From: Malacoraja senta
Taxonomy: Eukaryota
Length of the DNA stretch: 64,000 bases
Direction: 5' to 3'
Assembly (NCBI GenBank): GCA_038087875.1
Contig: CM075989.1
Location: 7,070,001 to 7,134,000 of the forward strand
Shown here: one piece after another, positions 25,830 to 37,101 of the stretch
How positions within the stretch are numbered: the stretch's first letter is position 1
Layout: every line of letters starts with the position of its first letter
Made by a program: the position numbers and the translations under genes
Notes under the pieces: model-generated
Database searches by the model: none
Told to the model about the DNA's origin: nothing
What the model saw: only the letters and a program-made list of their open reading frames with translations

Positions 25830-26159
25830 ACATCATCAAAGACCCATATCATCCTGGCCACACACTCATCTCATCACTGCCATCGGGAAGAAGGTACAGG
25901 AGCCTGAGAACTGTAACGTCCAGGTACAGGAACAGCTTCTTCCCTACAGCCATCAGGCTATTAAACACTACAACCTCATAAGCTCTGAACCACAATGGAC
26001 TATTATTATTATTATTACACTGTTACTGTTTGTTCTTTTTTTTTCTGAGTTTTTGTTATTATTTATTTTGATTACATATTCTGTTGTGCTGCAGCAAGTA
26101 AGAATCTCATTGTTCTATCTGGGACATATGACAATAAAACACTCTTGACTCTTGACTCT
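25830..26159 (+). mobile_element. Rex1/Babar-like LINE 3' end nested in an HE1-like SINE (25717-26352, minus)
   Basis: IIKDPYHPGH.L.S.LPSGRRYRSLRT.TSRYRNSFFP.AIRLLN; (CTTGA)n-like tail; the SINE resumes after it. Confidence 0.85.
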
Positions 26160-27411
26160 ATATCAAGCCAATTAACCTACAAACCTGTACATCATTGGAG
26201 TGTGAGAGAAAACCAAAGATCTCGGAGAAAACCTCGCAGGTCAAGGGGAGAAAGACCAAACTCCATGCAGACAAGCACCCGTAATCAGGATCGAACCCTG
26301 GTCTCCGGCGCTGCAAGTCCTGTAAGGCAACAACTCTACCGCTGCGCAACCATGGTCAGAGTCAGATAGTTTCTGGAAGCTTTTGAGTATTATTTTCTTT
26401 ACATTCCTGATTACAATCTGAGCTAGTAAATTTTATATATGTTATTTTAACATAACATCAATATGTTTCTCCTAGAATCATACAGCGTGGAAACGGGCCC
26501 TTCAGCCCAACCTGCCCACATGGACCAACATGTCCCATCTACACTAACCCAATTGCCTGCGTTTGGCCCATATCCCTCTAAACCTGTCCTATCCATCTAC
26601 CTATCTGATTGCTTCTTAAATGCTGCTAGAGTCCCTGTCTCAACGACACCCTCCGGCAGCTCGTTCCATTAACCCACCACCTTTTGCGTGAAAAGTTACC
26701 CCTCAGATTCCTATAAAATCTTTCCCCCTGATGAATATTTATCACTCAGACAACACCATAAATATAATTCATTGGTTATTATCACATTACTGTTTACGTG
26801 ACGGTTATGCATAAATTAGCAGCTGTAATTGCTACCTCAGTGTCAACGTTTCCAAAAATTGGTTGGAATAAATATTGGGAGATCAATAAATTGTGAAATC
26901 CGGTACAAACATGTTAGGGTTTTTTATTTCTCTGTAACATATTGAAGAAAATTGGCATTGCGGTTTTAGCATGAATTCTATTACTTACAGTGAGATTTAG
27001 TGCTTTGCTTGTGCCACTGATCAGACTCTGCGATAATTTGAAACACTTTGCTATCTAAGTGCATTTTGATTAAACTGCTTTAATTTCAGAACCATTATGC
27101 TAGAGTGTACGTTTATGCTTCATGCTACTTAGACATTCCTGAAGGGTACTATTGACAACTTTCACATGAAAGTAAATGTTTTCCTCCTGAGAGATGATAG
27201 CCATATTTTATTACAGCTTAAATAAGCAGTTTTTTTTGTGCTGGGCTGTAGGAATAGTCAGTCTTTGAGTAACGGCGCAACCCTTGATTACAGTTTGTTG
27301 CCGTTCTCCCTGAGGAGTTATTTTTTTTTGCTTTCTTCTGGATTATTCTGCCTGTTTTTATCCAACTACCTATTTATTTTCTGCTGTTCTGCAAATTCCT
27401 CCACCCACATG

Positions 27412-27715
27412 CTCGGTGACGCAGGGGTAGAGTTGCTGCCTTACAGCGCCAGAGACCCAGATTCCATCCTTGACTCTCGGTTCTGTCTGAACGGAGTTTG
27501 CACGTTCTCACTTTGACCTGGTGGGTTTTCTCCGGGCGCCCCGATTTCCTCTCACACTCCAAAGACATGCAGGGTTGTCGGTTAATAATTGGTCATTTTT
27601 GGTAAATTGTCCTTAGTGTGTAGGATAGTGCTAGTGTACGGGTGATCACTGGTCGACGCGGACTCGGTTGCCCAAATGGCCTGTTTCCACACTGTCAGTC
27701 TAAATTAAACTAAAC
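27412..27715 (+). mobile_element. HE1-like V-SINE
   Basis: Consensus match. Confidence 0.85.
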
Positions 27716-27751
27716 ACGCGTGAAACAGTTTCGGATGAACCTATCATAGCA

Positions 27752-28790
27752 ACATAGAAACATAAAAAATAGGTGATGGAGTAGACCATTTGGCCCTTCG
27801 AGCCGGCACCGCCATTCAATATGATCATGGCTGATCATCCAAAATCAGTACCCAGTTCCTGCTTTTTCCCCATATCCCTTGATTCCGTTAGCACAAAGAG
27901 CTAAAACGAACTCTCTCTTGAAAACATCCAGTGAATTGGCCTCCTGCCTTCTGTGGCAGAGAATTCCACAGATTCACAACTCTCTGGGTGAAGAAGTTTT
28001 TCCTCATCTCAGTCCTAAATGGCCTACCCTTTATTCTTAAACTGTGACCCCTGGTTCTGGACTCCCCCAACATGGGGCACATTTTTCCTGCATCTAGCCA
28101 GTCCAATCCCTTAAGAATTTTATATGTTTCTATAAGATGCCCTCTCATCCTTCTAAATTCCATGAATACAAGCCCAGTTGACCCATTCTTTCATCATATG
28201 TCAGTCCCGCCATCCTAATCTGACATCATTCAGATAATAATCTGCCTTCTTGTTCTTGCCACCAAAGTGAATAACCTCACATTTATCCACATTATACTGC
28301 ATCAGCCCACTCACCCAACCTATCCACGTCACCCTGCAGCCTCATAGCAACCTCCTCATAGCTCACACTGCCACCCAGCTTTGCGCCATCCGCAAACTTG
28401 GAGATGTTACATTTAATTCCCTCGTCTAAATCATTAATATATATTGTAATTAACTGGGGTCCCAGCACTGAGCCCTGCGGCACCCCACTAGTCACTGCCT
28501 GGCATTCTGAAAAGGACCCGTTAAATCCTACTGTTTGCTTCCTGTCTGCCAACCAGTTCTCTATCCATGTCAATACCCTATCCACAATGCCATGTGCTCT
28601 AATTTTGCACATTAATCTCTTGTGTGGGACCTTGTGAAAGGCTTTTTGAAAGTCCAGATACACCACTGGCTCTCCCTTATCCATTCTAGTTGTTACATCT
28701 TCAAAAAATCCAGAAGATTAGTCAAGCATGATTTCCCCTTCATAAATCCATGCTGACTTTGACCGATCCTGTCGCTGCTTTCCAAATGCA
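27752..28790 (-). mobile_element. CR1 LINE reverse transcriptase fragment with 3' UTR (internal deletion near 28216)
   Basis: VYLDFQKAF.KVPHKRL..TSGVPQGSVLGPQL..IYINDLDEGI..SKFAD; C-terminal motif and (CTATGTTT)n-type tail. Confidence 0.93.
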
Positions 28791-29913
28791 GTCCAATCCA
28801 ATCAATAACTTGCTGCTGGCAAACCAAGCAAAGCTAAACATGGGCTCTCAAAGTTCATCAGTCACCTGAGAAGCCATAGAATTGGAGTGAATAATTGTTA
28901 CCACTGATCACCCAAGACACCATCGAAGGAGAAGTTAGCAGAACCCATGAAAGTCCAAATGCAGTGAGAAATTGCCATCACACACAGTCTCTTGCCCAGA
29001 GCAGATGAATCGAGGACCAGATGACATAGGTTTAAAGTGAAGGGGGAAAGATTTAATAGGAATCTGAGGGGTAACCTTTTCACACTAAGTGCAGTGGGTG
29101 TATGGAGCGAGCTGCCAGAGGAGGTAGTTGCGGCAGGGACTGCCGCACATTTAAGAAACAATTAGACAGGTACATGGATAGGACAGGTTTAGAGGGATAT
29201 TGACAAAAACACAGGCAGGTGGGACTCGTGTAGATGGGGCATTTTGGTCAGAGTGGGCAAGTTGGACCGAAGGGCCTGTTTCATACTGTATGGCTCGATG
29301 ACACTGTGATACTTCCCACAATGCCCAAGGGCTAAACTATCTTCAAAGTTATAATGTAGGAAACCGAGCAGCAAACTTGCAGCTAACAAACTCTTGCAAA
29401 GAGCAACGTGACACTAACCCAGATCAAATATCTTAGCCATGTCAAATGAGGATTAATTATTGCCCAGGACATTTGAGCTAATTCCCCTGTCCTTCTTGGA
29501 AATGGCCCCATTGGATCATTTCCTAAGCAATACAGTCAACTGAAAACCAGCAACCTTTACAATGTACCATTTCCTGACGAATATGGGAGGTATTGGCCTG
29601 GACATATAGCTCATAGAACAGTGTGCCACATGACCCTTCGGCAAACGTTGTCCATGATGCCAGCTTAAACTAATCTCCTCTGCACACAGTCCATGTCCCT
29701 CCACTTCCTCCATCGAAAAAACATCTTAAATGTCACTATCATGTCTGCCTCTGCCACCACCCCTGGCAGTGCTTTCCAGGCACCCACCAACTGTATGTAT
29801 GAAAAAACTTGCCCCGCACTTCGCCTTTAGACTTTGCCCCTTTCACCTTAACGTTTTGCCCTCTCGTCTTTGAAATTTTCACCCTGGGTGAAAGGATGTA
29901 ACTGTCTAAGCGT

Positions 29914-30210
29914 TGGCACGGTGGCGCAGCGGTAGAATTGCTGCCTCACAGCGCCAGAGACCCGTTTGATCGGGTGCTGTCTGTGCGGAGTTTGTACTGT
30001 ACGTTCTCTCGTGACTGCGTGGGTTTTCTCCGGGTGCTCTGGTTTCTTCCCACACTCCAAAAGACGTGTGTCTTTGTAGGCTAATTGGCTTGGTAAAAAT
30101 TGCAAATTGTCCCTAGTCTGTAGGATTCTTAACGTGGGGGGATCGCTGGTCGGCGTGGGCTCAGTGGGCCGAAGGGCCTGTTTCCATGCTGTATTTCTAA
30201 AAACTAAAAC
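29914..30210 (+). mobile_element. HE1-like V-SINE
   Basis: Consensus match. Confidence 0.87.
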
Positions 30211-31789
30211 TCATAGGAGTGGAATAAAATGTTGCCTTCATTCAACAATTTCCAAGACTCTTTCAAATATACACAGATTTTTCAAATATACACATTCAGT
30301 GGTCATTGATAGAAAACAGCTGCATTTCTTCCCTTAAGAGAAGACTACATAGTTCACTCAGTGATCTAGAGAGGATTTTGCAACTTTTGTTGATATGGTT
30401 ATTTTTTTCCCTCTAATTATTTAACATTGAAGGGGCTGAAGCAGTCCGAAGTCTGACGCTATATTAGACCTCTGTTGGGCCAATGTTAGATATACTTGCG
30501 CTGGTGCTGATAATGACTGCATTAACCTTGTGTCTCTGCCATTGTTGAAGATCTCTGCATGGATGCATTGTCAACACTGCAGCGGTGTCAAGTTGCAGGT
30601 TTTGAAGCAGTTCACCCTCTGGGTCATGGCTAGACTGTTTGTGTTGCACCAGTTTTCATGGCGCTGCCTCAGTACTGCATCCAGTTCGTGGCTATATCTC
30701 TTGGCTGGTAAGCCAGTGACTTCAATTGATGATCCAGATTAAAACGGGTCAAAATTCCAAGGTATTAGGAAAATTAAATATAATGAATTTGTAATCTGGA
30801 ATTTAAAAAAAAGAAACAAGCACCTGTAATGTTTACACTGAAACGATACTGGTAATGGAGGAGGTCTGAAAGAATTTTTGGGAGGAGAAGGTTGTTTAGC
30901 TTAGTTTAGTTTCGAGATATAGCATGGAAACAGGCCCTTCTGCCCAGTGAGTCCACATCGACTATCAATCACCCATTCACATGAATTCTATGTTATCCCA
31001 CTTTCTCAACCACTCCCTGCCACTAGGGGTACATTTACAGAGGGCCCACATGTCTTTGGGATGTGGGAGGAGACCAGACCACCCGGAGGAAACCCACGCT
31101 ATCCTAAACTCCACACAGACATCACGTGTGGTCATAATGGAAACAGGGTCTCTGGAGTTGTGGGGCAGCAACTCTACCTGTTGTCCCGAAATGAGCTGCT
31201 CAAAAATTAGATTGATATCCTTTGGCATTTAAGAGAATGAGAGGTGATCTTATTGAAATATATTAAATCCTTAGGGGTTTAATGACACAGAAGATGTTTG
31301 GTGGCTTCAACTGGTCAGATAATCTCAAAGAAGGGGACACAGTGACAAGCTTAGCGGGGCATTCATGCAAAACTGCAAAGTGCAAAGGAAGAACTTCTTG
31401 CTGAGAGTGATGGTGAATCTTGGAATTCTCTGCCGCATAGGGTTGTGGATCATCAAGGGGAACTTGAAAGAGGAGAGTGGAAGATCAGAAATCTGAGTTC
31501 CTCGGGGAGTGGGAGCTGAAGAGGTGAGGCCCGACTATTGCATGATCATTGCTGTTCATGCCTTTCAATATGATCACCATTTATCATATTGAATGGCTTG
31601 AGGGGCCGAGTGGCTTACTCATAGAGTGATACAGTACAGAAACAGGACCCTTGGCACAACTTCCCCATCTACACTAGTCCCACCTGTCTAAATTTGCCCC
31701 ATCTTGCTCTACACCTTTCCTATCCAGGTATATGTCCAAGTGTCTTTTAGATGTTGTAACAGTATCTGCCGTCTATGTGAAAAAAGTTT

Positions 31790-32090
31790 GGGGCAGCAAG
31801 GTGGCGCAACGGTAGAGTTGCTGCCTTACAGCGCTTGCAGCACTGGAAACCTGGGTTCGATCCTGACCACGGGTGCTGTCTGTACTGAGTTTGTACGTTC
31901 TACCCTTGACCTCGTGGGGGGGGTTTTCGCGACCTTCGGTTTCCGCCCGCACTCCAAAGACGTTTGTAGGTTAATTGTCTTGGTATAAGTGTAAATTGTC
32001 CCTAGTGTGTGTAGGGATCGTGTGAATGTGTGGCGATCACTGGCCAGTGTGGACTCGGTGTGTTTCCGCGCTGTATCGCTAAACTAAAAA
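31790..32090 (+). mobile_element. HE1-like V-SINE
   Basis: Consensus match. Confidence 0.85.
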
Positions 32091-32476
32091 AACGGAAGTT
32101 GTCCCTCAAGTTCCTATTAAATCTTTTCCCTCTCATCCTAAACCTATGTCCTCTGGTGATAGACGCAAAATGCTGGAGCAACACAGCGGCGACAGGCAGC
32201 ATTTCTGGAGAAAAGGTGATGTTTCAGGTCGAGACGGCGTAATCCAGCAACTGCAGTTCCTTCCTGCACACTATGTCCTCTGGTTCTCGATTCCCCAACT
32301 CTGGGTAAAAGAGTAAAAGGCTCTACTGTTTTATTACTATATCATATTGTCCTTCCGGGCTTGTGGCAAAAACCTCTGTGGTTCACTGACGCCCAATAAA
32401 ACCTGCAGCCCAAATTCATTCTGAACCCTGTGACCCCCAGACCCATAGCAATGTGGTGGACTCTTATCTATACCAT

Positions 32477-32617
32477 GTGGGAGATTGCAACCCTCAAGTG
32501 ATCTGCCGCCCTGTTTCGACGAATGCAATCAACCTGGCGTGCACAATCAAATAAGATCAAATAGAACAAGTTGTCCTACAACTTTAGGCTGTGCACGCCA
32601 TATGCAAGAAGAAGAAG
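32477..32617 (+). mobile_element. Short retroposon with HDV-like ribozyme head and (GAA)n tail, copy 1
   Basis: 11-bp TSD ATCTATACCAT (32466-32476, 32618-32628); close match to 49517-49656. Confidence 0.85.
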
Positions 32618-32694
32618 ATCTATACCATAAAATGGCCCAGAAAAACTTCCAGTTCAAGGGCAAGAAATGACTTTGCCTATGAATAAATTAATGT

Positions 32695-33351
32695 TCTTAA
32701 GACAGTGGAATTGATTGTAGACTTTAGGAGAGCTCCCCCTCCCCTCCCCCCACTCACCATCAACAACACCACAGTCACATCTGTGGAGTCATTTAAGTTC
32801 CTTGGAACCATCATCTCCAGGGGCCTTAAATGGGAGGTCACCATCGACTCCACCATCGAAAAGGCCCAACAGAGGATGTACGTCTTGCGGCAGCTGAGAA
32901 AACACAATCTGCCACAGGCAATGATGGTCCAGTTTATACTGCCATCATAGAGTCTGTCCTCACCTTCTCCATCATGGTCTGGTTTGGCTGCAGCGCATCG
33001 TTCGATCAGCCGAGGAGGTTGTTGGTTGCAACCTTCCCCCCATCGACGAACTGTACACTGCAAGGGCCAGGAAGTGAGCGGGTAAGATCAACTCTGACCC
33101 CTCTCACCCGAGCCACAAACTCTTTGAAGCACTTCCCTCTGCAAGGCGACTCCGGACTGTCAAAGCCGCCACAGCCAGACATAAAAACAGTTTTTATTCC
33201 ACGAGCAGTAGCTCGTGGAAAATGTTTTAATATAATGTTTTATTCTTTATTGTTTACTGTTTACTTGCGAGCAAAGCACCAAGGCAAATTCCTTGCATGT
33301 ATACACACTTGGCTAATAAAATGTATTCAATTCAATTCAATTCAATTCAAT
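32695..33351 (+). mobile_element. Rex1/Babar-like LINE 3' fragment
   Basis: ELIVDFRR..PLTINN..V..VESFKFLGTIIS..LKW..KAQQRMY.LRQLRK; (ATTCA)n tail. Confidence 0.9.
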
Positions 33352-33630
33352 AACTGCAGGAATAGAGCCAGATCTGCTTCTGTGTCAGAACTGTACCGAT
33401 GCCAAGTCAGGCAGTTACTTTAATCAAAAAGCAAAAAAAACTCCAAGTGGTGGAAATCTGAAAAAGGTATAGAAAATGACCAAAATGTCAGACAGCATCT
33501 GTGGAGAGGAAAACAGAGAGATGTGTATAAAATTATGAGACATAGTAGGCAGTCAGAACCTATTTCCTAGAATGGAAATATGAAATACTCGAGGGTAAAG
33601 GTGAGAGGGGCAAAGTTTAAAGGAGATGTG

Positions 33631-34213
33631 TTGTACAGGGTCTTGGTGAGACCACACCTGGAGTATTGCGTACAGTTTTGGTCTCCAAATCTGAGGAAAG
33701 ACATTGTAGCCATAGAGGGAGTGCAGAGAAGGTTCACCAGACTGATTCCTGGGATGTCAGGACTTTCATATGAAGAAAGACTGGATAGACTTGGCTTATA
33801 CTCGCTAGAATTTAGGAGATTGAGGGGGGATCTTATAGAAACGTACAAAATTCTTATGGGGTTGGACAGGCTAGATGCAGGAAGATTGTTCCCGATGTTG
33901 GGTAAGTCCAGGACAAGGGGTCACAGCTTAAGGATAAGGGGGAAATCCTTTAAGACCGAGATGAGGAAAAACTTTTTCACACAGAGAGTGGTGAATCTCT
34001 GGAACTCTCTGCCACAGAGGGTAGTTGAGGCCAGTTCATTGGCTATATTTAAGAGGGAGTTAGATGTGGCCCTTGTGGCTAAGGGGATCAGGGGGTATGG
34101 AGAGAAGGCAGGTACGGGATACTGAGTTGGATGATCAGCCATGATCATATTGAATGGCGGTGCAGGCTCGAAGGGCCGAATGGCCTACTCCTGCACCTAT
34201 TTTCTATGTATCT
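33631..34213 (+). mobile_element. Young CR1 LINE 3' fragment nested in an older CR1/HER1 fragment (33520-34440)
   Basis: Uninterrupted ORF2 C-terminus to the stop at 34125 (LVRPHLEYCVQFWSP..RGDLIETYKIL..FFTQRVVNLWNSLP); ATGTG duplicated at both junctions. Confidence 0.93.
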
Positions 34214-35230
34214 ATGTGGGGCAAGTTTTTATTTACACAGAGGGTGGTGAGTAGCTGGATTGCCCTGCGGGGGTGTTTGGAGGCTGATAAAATAGTGGCA
34301 TTTAAGACATTTTCGATAAATACATAGATGTGCATGGAATGGAGGGATATTGATCATGTACAGGCACATAAGACTTGATCTTAGCATCATGTTTGACACA
34401 GGCATTGTGGGCCGAAGGGCCTGTACTGTACTGTTCTAAGTTCTGTTACAGAACTTTCATTGGGACACTTTGGTTGTCCTGAGACATTAACTGCTTCCTG
34501 CTCCATAGATGCTGTCTATGTGGAAATTTCAAATATTTCAGATTTTTCCCCCCCAATTGGTATTAGAGGTGGTGGTGCGGGATTTATCAGTGTAACTGGA
34601 AAGGCTGTGCATAAGATTGAAGAGGGCAGGGTGACGGAATTAACAAACCAGCAAAACTATAAAATCAATATTCCTCTCAATCAAAATACTGCAGATGCTG
34701 GGAATCTAAAAATGGAACAAAGGTTGGAAAAACTCAGCAGGTCAGTCAGCATCTGTGGGGAGAGAGAGAGAGAGAGGGAGAGAGAGTGGAGGGAGACACA
34801 GTCGATCATTCTTATCAATTGAAACAATAACTCTGTTTCTCTCTCTGAGAAAACCGGGTGAGTGTTTCCCCTTGCATTTTCTGTTTGTACATCAATATTC
34901 TACCCGAGGCAGAGGGAATACCCAGTGTTGTCACCACCAATGCCTACTGTGTGTGAACATTCATCCGCACCGAACCATGACCTTGCTGTTTTACAGAGGC
35001 CCGCTGGCGTCTGGCAGAAGGGGGGGGGGGGGTTATTGGACTAAAGAGGGGGGAAAGGGACGCTTCGGACTGGGGAAACATTTGAGCCCAGCCCTGCCCT
35101 GCAGCAAACGGCGGAGGATTGTCCCAGGAGTGTACTGCTCCCTTTGCACGGATGGTACCGACTGTAGCCCAGATCCACATCGTCCCACACGGGGGAGGGG
35201 AGCGACTACCTGCCTCCACAAACACCTCAC

Positions 35231-35312
35231 CTGGCGTCTGCTGTGAGGTTTTATGGAGGCAGGTAATATCAGCGTTAATATCAACCCATCGCCGAGATAC
35301 AACGTCTGAAAC
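35231..35312 (-). other. Candidate exon 2 of an unidentified minus-strand gene
   Basis: Acceptor ..ttttggtgttag|G and donor CAG|gtgagg; 82 nt; unique CpG-rich sequence. Confidence 0.5.
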
Positions 35313-35616
35313 CTAACACCAAAATACATGTCTACAAAGAACCGCAACGTACATTATTAGTTGGATATTCATCTCCAAGCGTATTTTTCTAAGACTCCCA
35401 CACCATGAATGTAAGACAGCGACAGATACATCATTTGACCATTTTTACCAAATCGCACACTTTATTAAACAAGTTAGCATCCTCTGGTCTGACTCGTTTA
35501 AGTTTTACAGCGAGGAGGGATTCTCCTCTAGTGGGTGGCTGACTGAAATATCAATTTAGCTCCACGGGGCCAGAGCAAAAGACGAGATAGATAGCCAGAG
35601 GCACCTGTCAACTCAC

Positions 35617-35860
35617 CGCAATAAACACGATGACAGCATCTCCTACTTCAGAGCGGACTGGGACACGGGCAAGACGGTCGGTCGGGAGGGGATGGAGGGG
35701 GCAAAGGAAAGATGTGACCCCGTTAAATTCGAGCGAGTGAGCCGGGTCCCGGGAGCGTAACCGAGCGGAGCCGACAGCGCTCGCTAACTCTCTCCTCTCC
35801 TCTCCTCTCCTCTCCTCTCCTCTCCTCGCCGCCGCTGCGAGGAACAGGCAGAGTGGGAGG
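35617..35860 (-). other. Candidate first exon / 5' UTR of an unidentified gene
   Basis: CpG-rich, GCGGCGGCGAGGAG and (GAGAG)n leader; donor GCG|gtgagt at 35617/35616; 5' boundary approximate. Confidence 0.6.
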
Positions 35861-36340
35861 AGGTGGGAGGAGGAGGAGCGAGGGGGGAGGAGGCAGGGCA
35901 GGGAGCAGAGGATTTGCCGTCTCTGCAAACGATCCGGGAAGATAAATAGGAAATCTAGGACGCTGTGTGTGTGTGTGTGTGTGTGTCGAAGCGCGTTGAC
36001 ACACCTCGAGTGATGGTGAAGATAGGCACAGAAAATGCTGGAGCAACTCAGCGGGACAGGCAGCATAGCATCTCTGGAGAGAAGGAATGGGTCGAGACTG
36101 AGAGTCAGGGGAGAGGGAGACACAGAGATAAGGAAGGGTAGGTGTGAATATGAGACGCTTTAACTCCTTCCGAGCAAGCAAGAAATGGTGCAATCTCATT
36201 TCTTGTGTAGGAAGGGACTGCAGATGCTGGTTTACACAAGAGGATTGACACCAAATACTGGAGTAACTCAGTGGGACAGGCAGCATGTCTGGAGAGGTGC
36301 TGGGTTGGCCCAGCCTGTGTGTTTTTGAGACCCTTCTTTA

Positions 36341-36373
36341 GTCTGAAGAAGGGTCTCGACCCGAAACGTCACC
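36341..36373 (+). ncRNA. Minimal type I hammerhead ribozyme motif (representative PLE pLTR copy)
   Basis: CUGAAGA-A-[GGGUC UC GACCC]-GAAAC-GUC; palindromic ACGU helix III. Confidence 0.7.
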
Positions 36374-36917
36374 CATTCCTTCTCTCCAGAGATGCTGCCT
36401 GTCCCACTGAGTTACTCCAGCAAATTGTGTCAACCTTCAATATTATTTCTTCCCATCTAGAGTTGGGGGGGTGGGGGGTGGGGGGGGGGGTTTACCGTGT
36501 GTTTCTCCCTGGTTACGGATTGGTGCCCACTTTGGCTCAGAGCACCGGCAGCGCACCGCATTGCCAATGCAGTTTGTCCTGTTCAACGCTGAACCAGCAG
36601 CGTGCACCTCGCTAGCGCTGGTAGACAGAAAAGGGAGCAGTCATTCATTATCTGTATCCACCCACAGCAAAAATAAAATCTGCACGTTCTGGAAATCTGA
36701 AATAAATAATCAGAAGACGGTGCGATTACGCAGCAGGTCAGGCAGCATCGTCTGAAGAAAGGTCTCGACCTGAAACGCCACCTATTCCGTGTGGCGTGGT
36801 GGTTCTAGGGTCTCTGATGGTCAGCATGGACTCAATGGGCCGAAGGGTCTGTTTCCGTGCAGAGTGGCTCTATGATGACATTTTACGACAAGTAACGGGA
36901 AAGAGGATTAATAATAT

Positions 36918-37101
36918 TTAAGAAGGAACTGCAGATGCTGGAAAATCGAAGGTAGACAAAAATGCTGGCGAAACTCAGCGGGTGAGGCAGCATCTATGGA
37001 GGGAAGGAAATAGGCAACGTTTCGGGCCGAAACGTTGCCTATTTCCTTCGCTCCCGAGATGCTGCTGCACCCGCTGAGTTTCTCCAGCACCTTTGTCTAC
37101 C
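36918..37101. mobile_element. Penelope-like pLTR fold-back insertion
   Basis: 17-bp TSD AAGAGGATTAATAATAT (36901-36917, 37102-37118); arms mirror around TTTCGGGCCGAAA. Confidence 0.9.

Larger units (their letters stand above)
35030..36010 (-). promoter_or_regulatory. CpG-island-like promoter region
   Basis: Transposon-free and CpG-dense relative to the flanks; GGGAGG/CCTCCC runs upstream of the candidate exon. Confidence 0.6.

Noticed and set aside
33580..34125. 181-aa ORF as a host gene
   Set aside because: C-terminus of CR1 ORF2; the start comes from a chimeric junction with an older CR1
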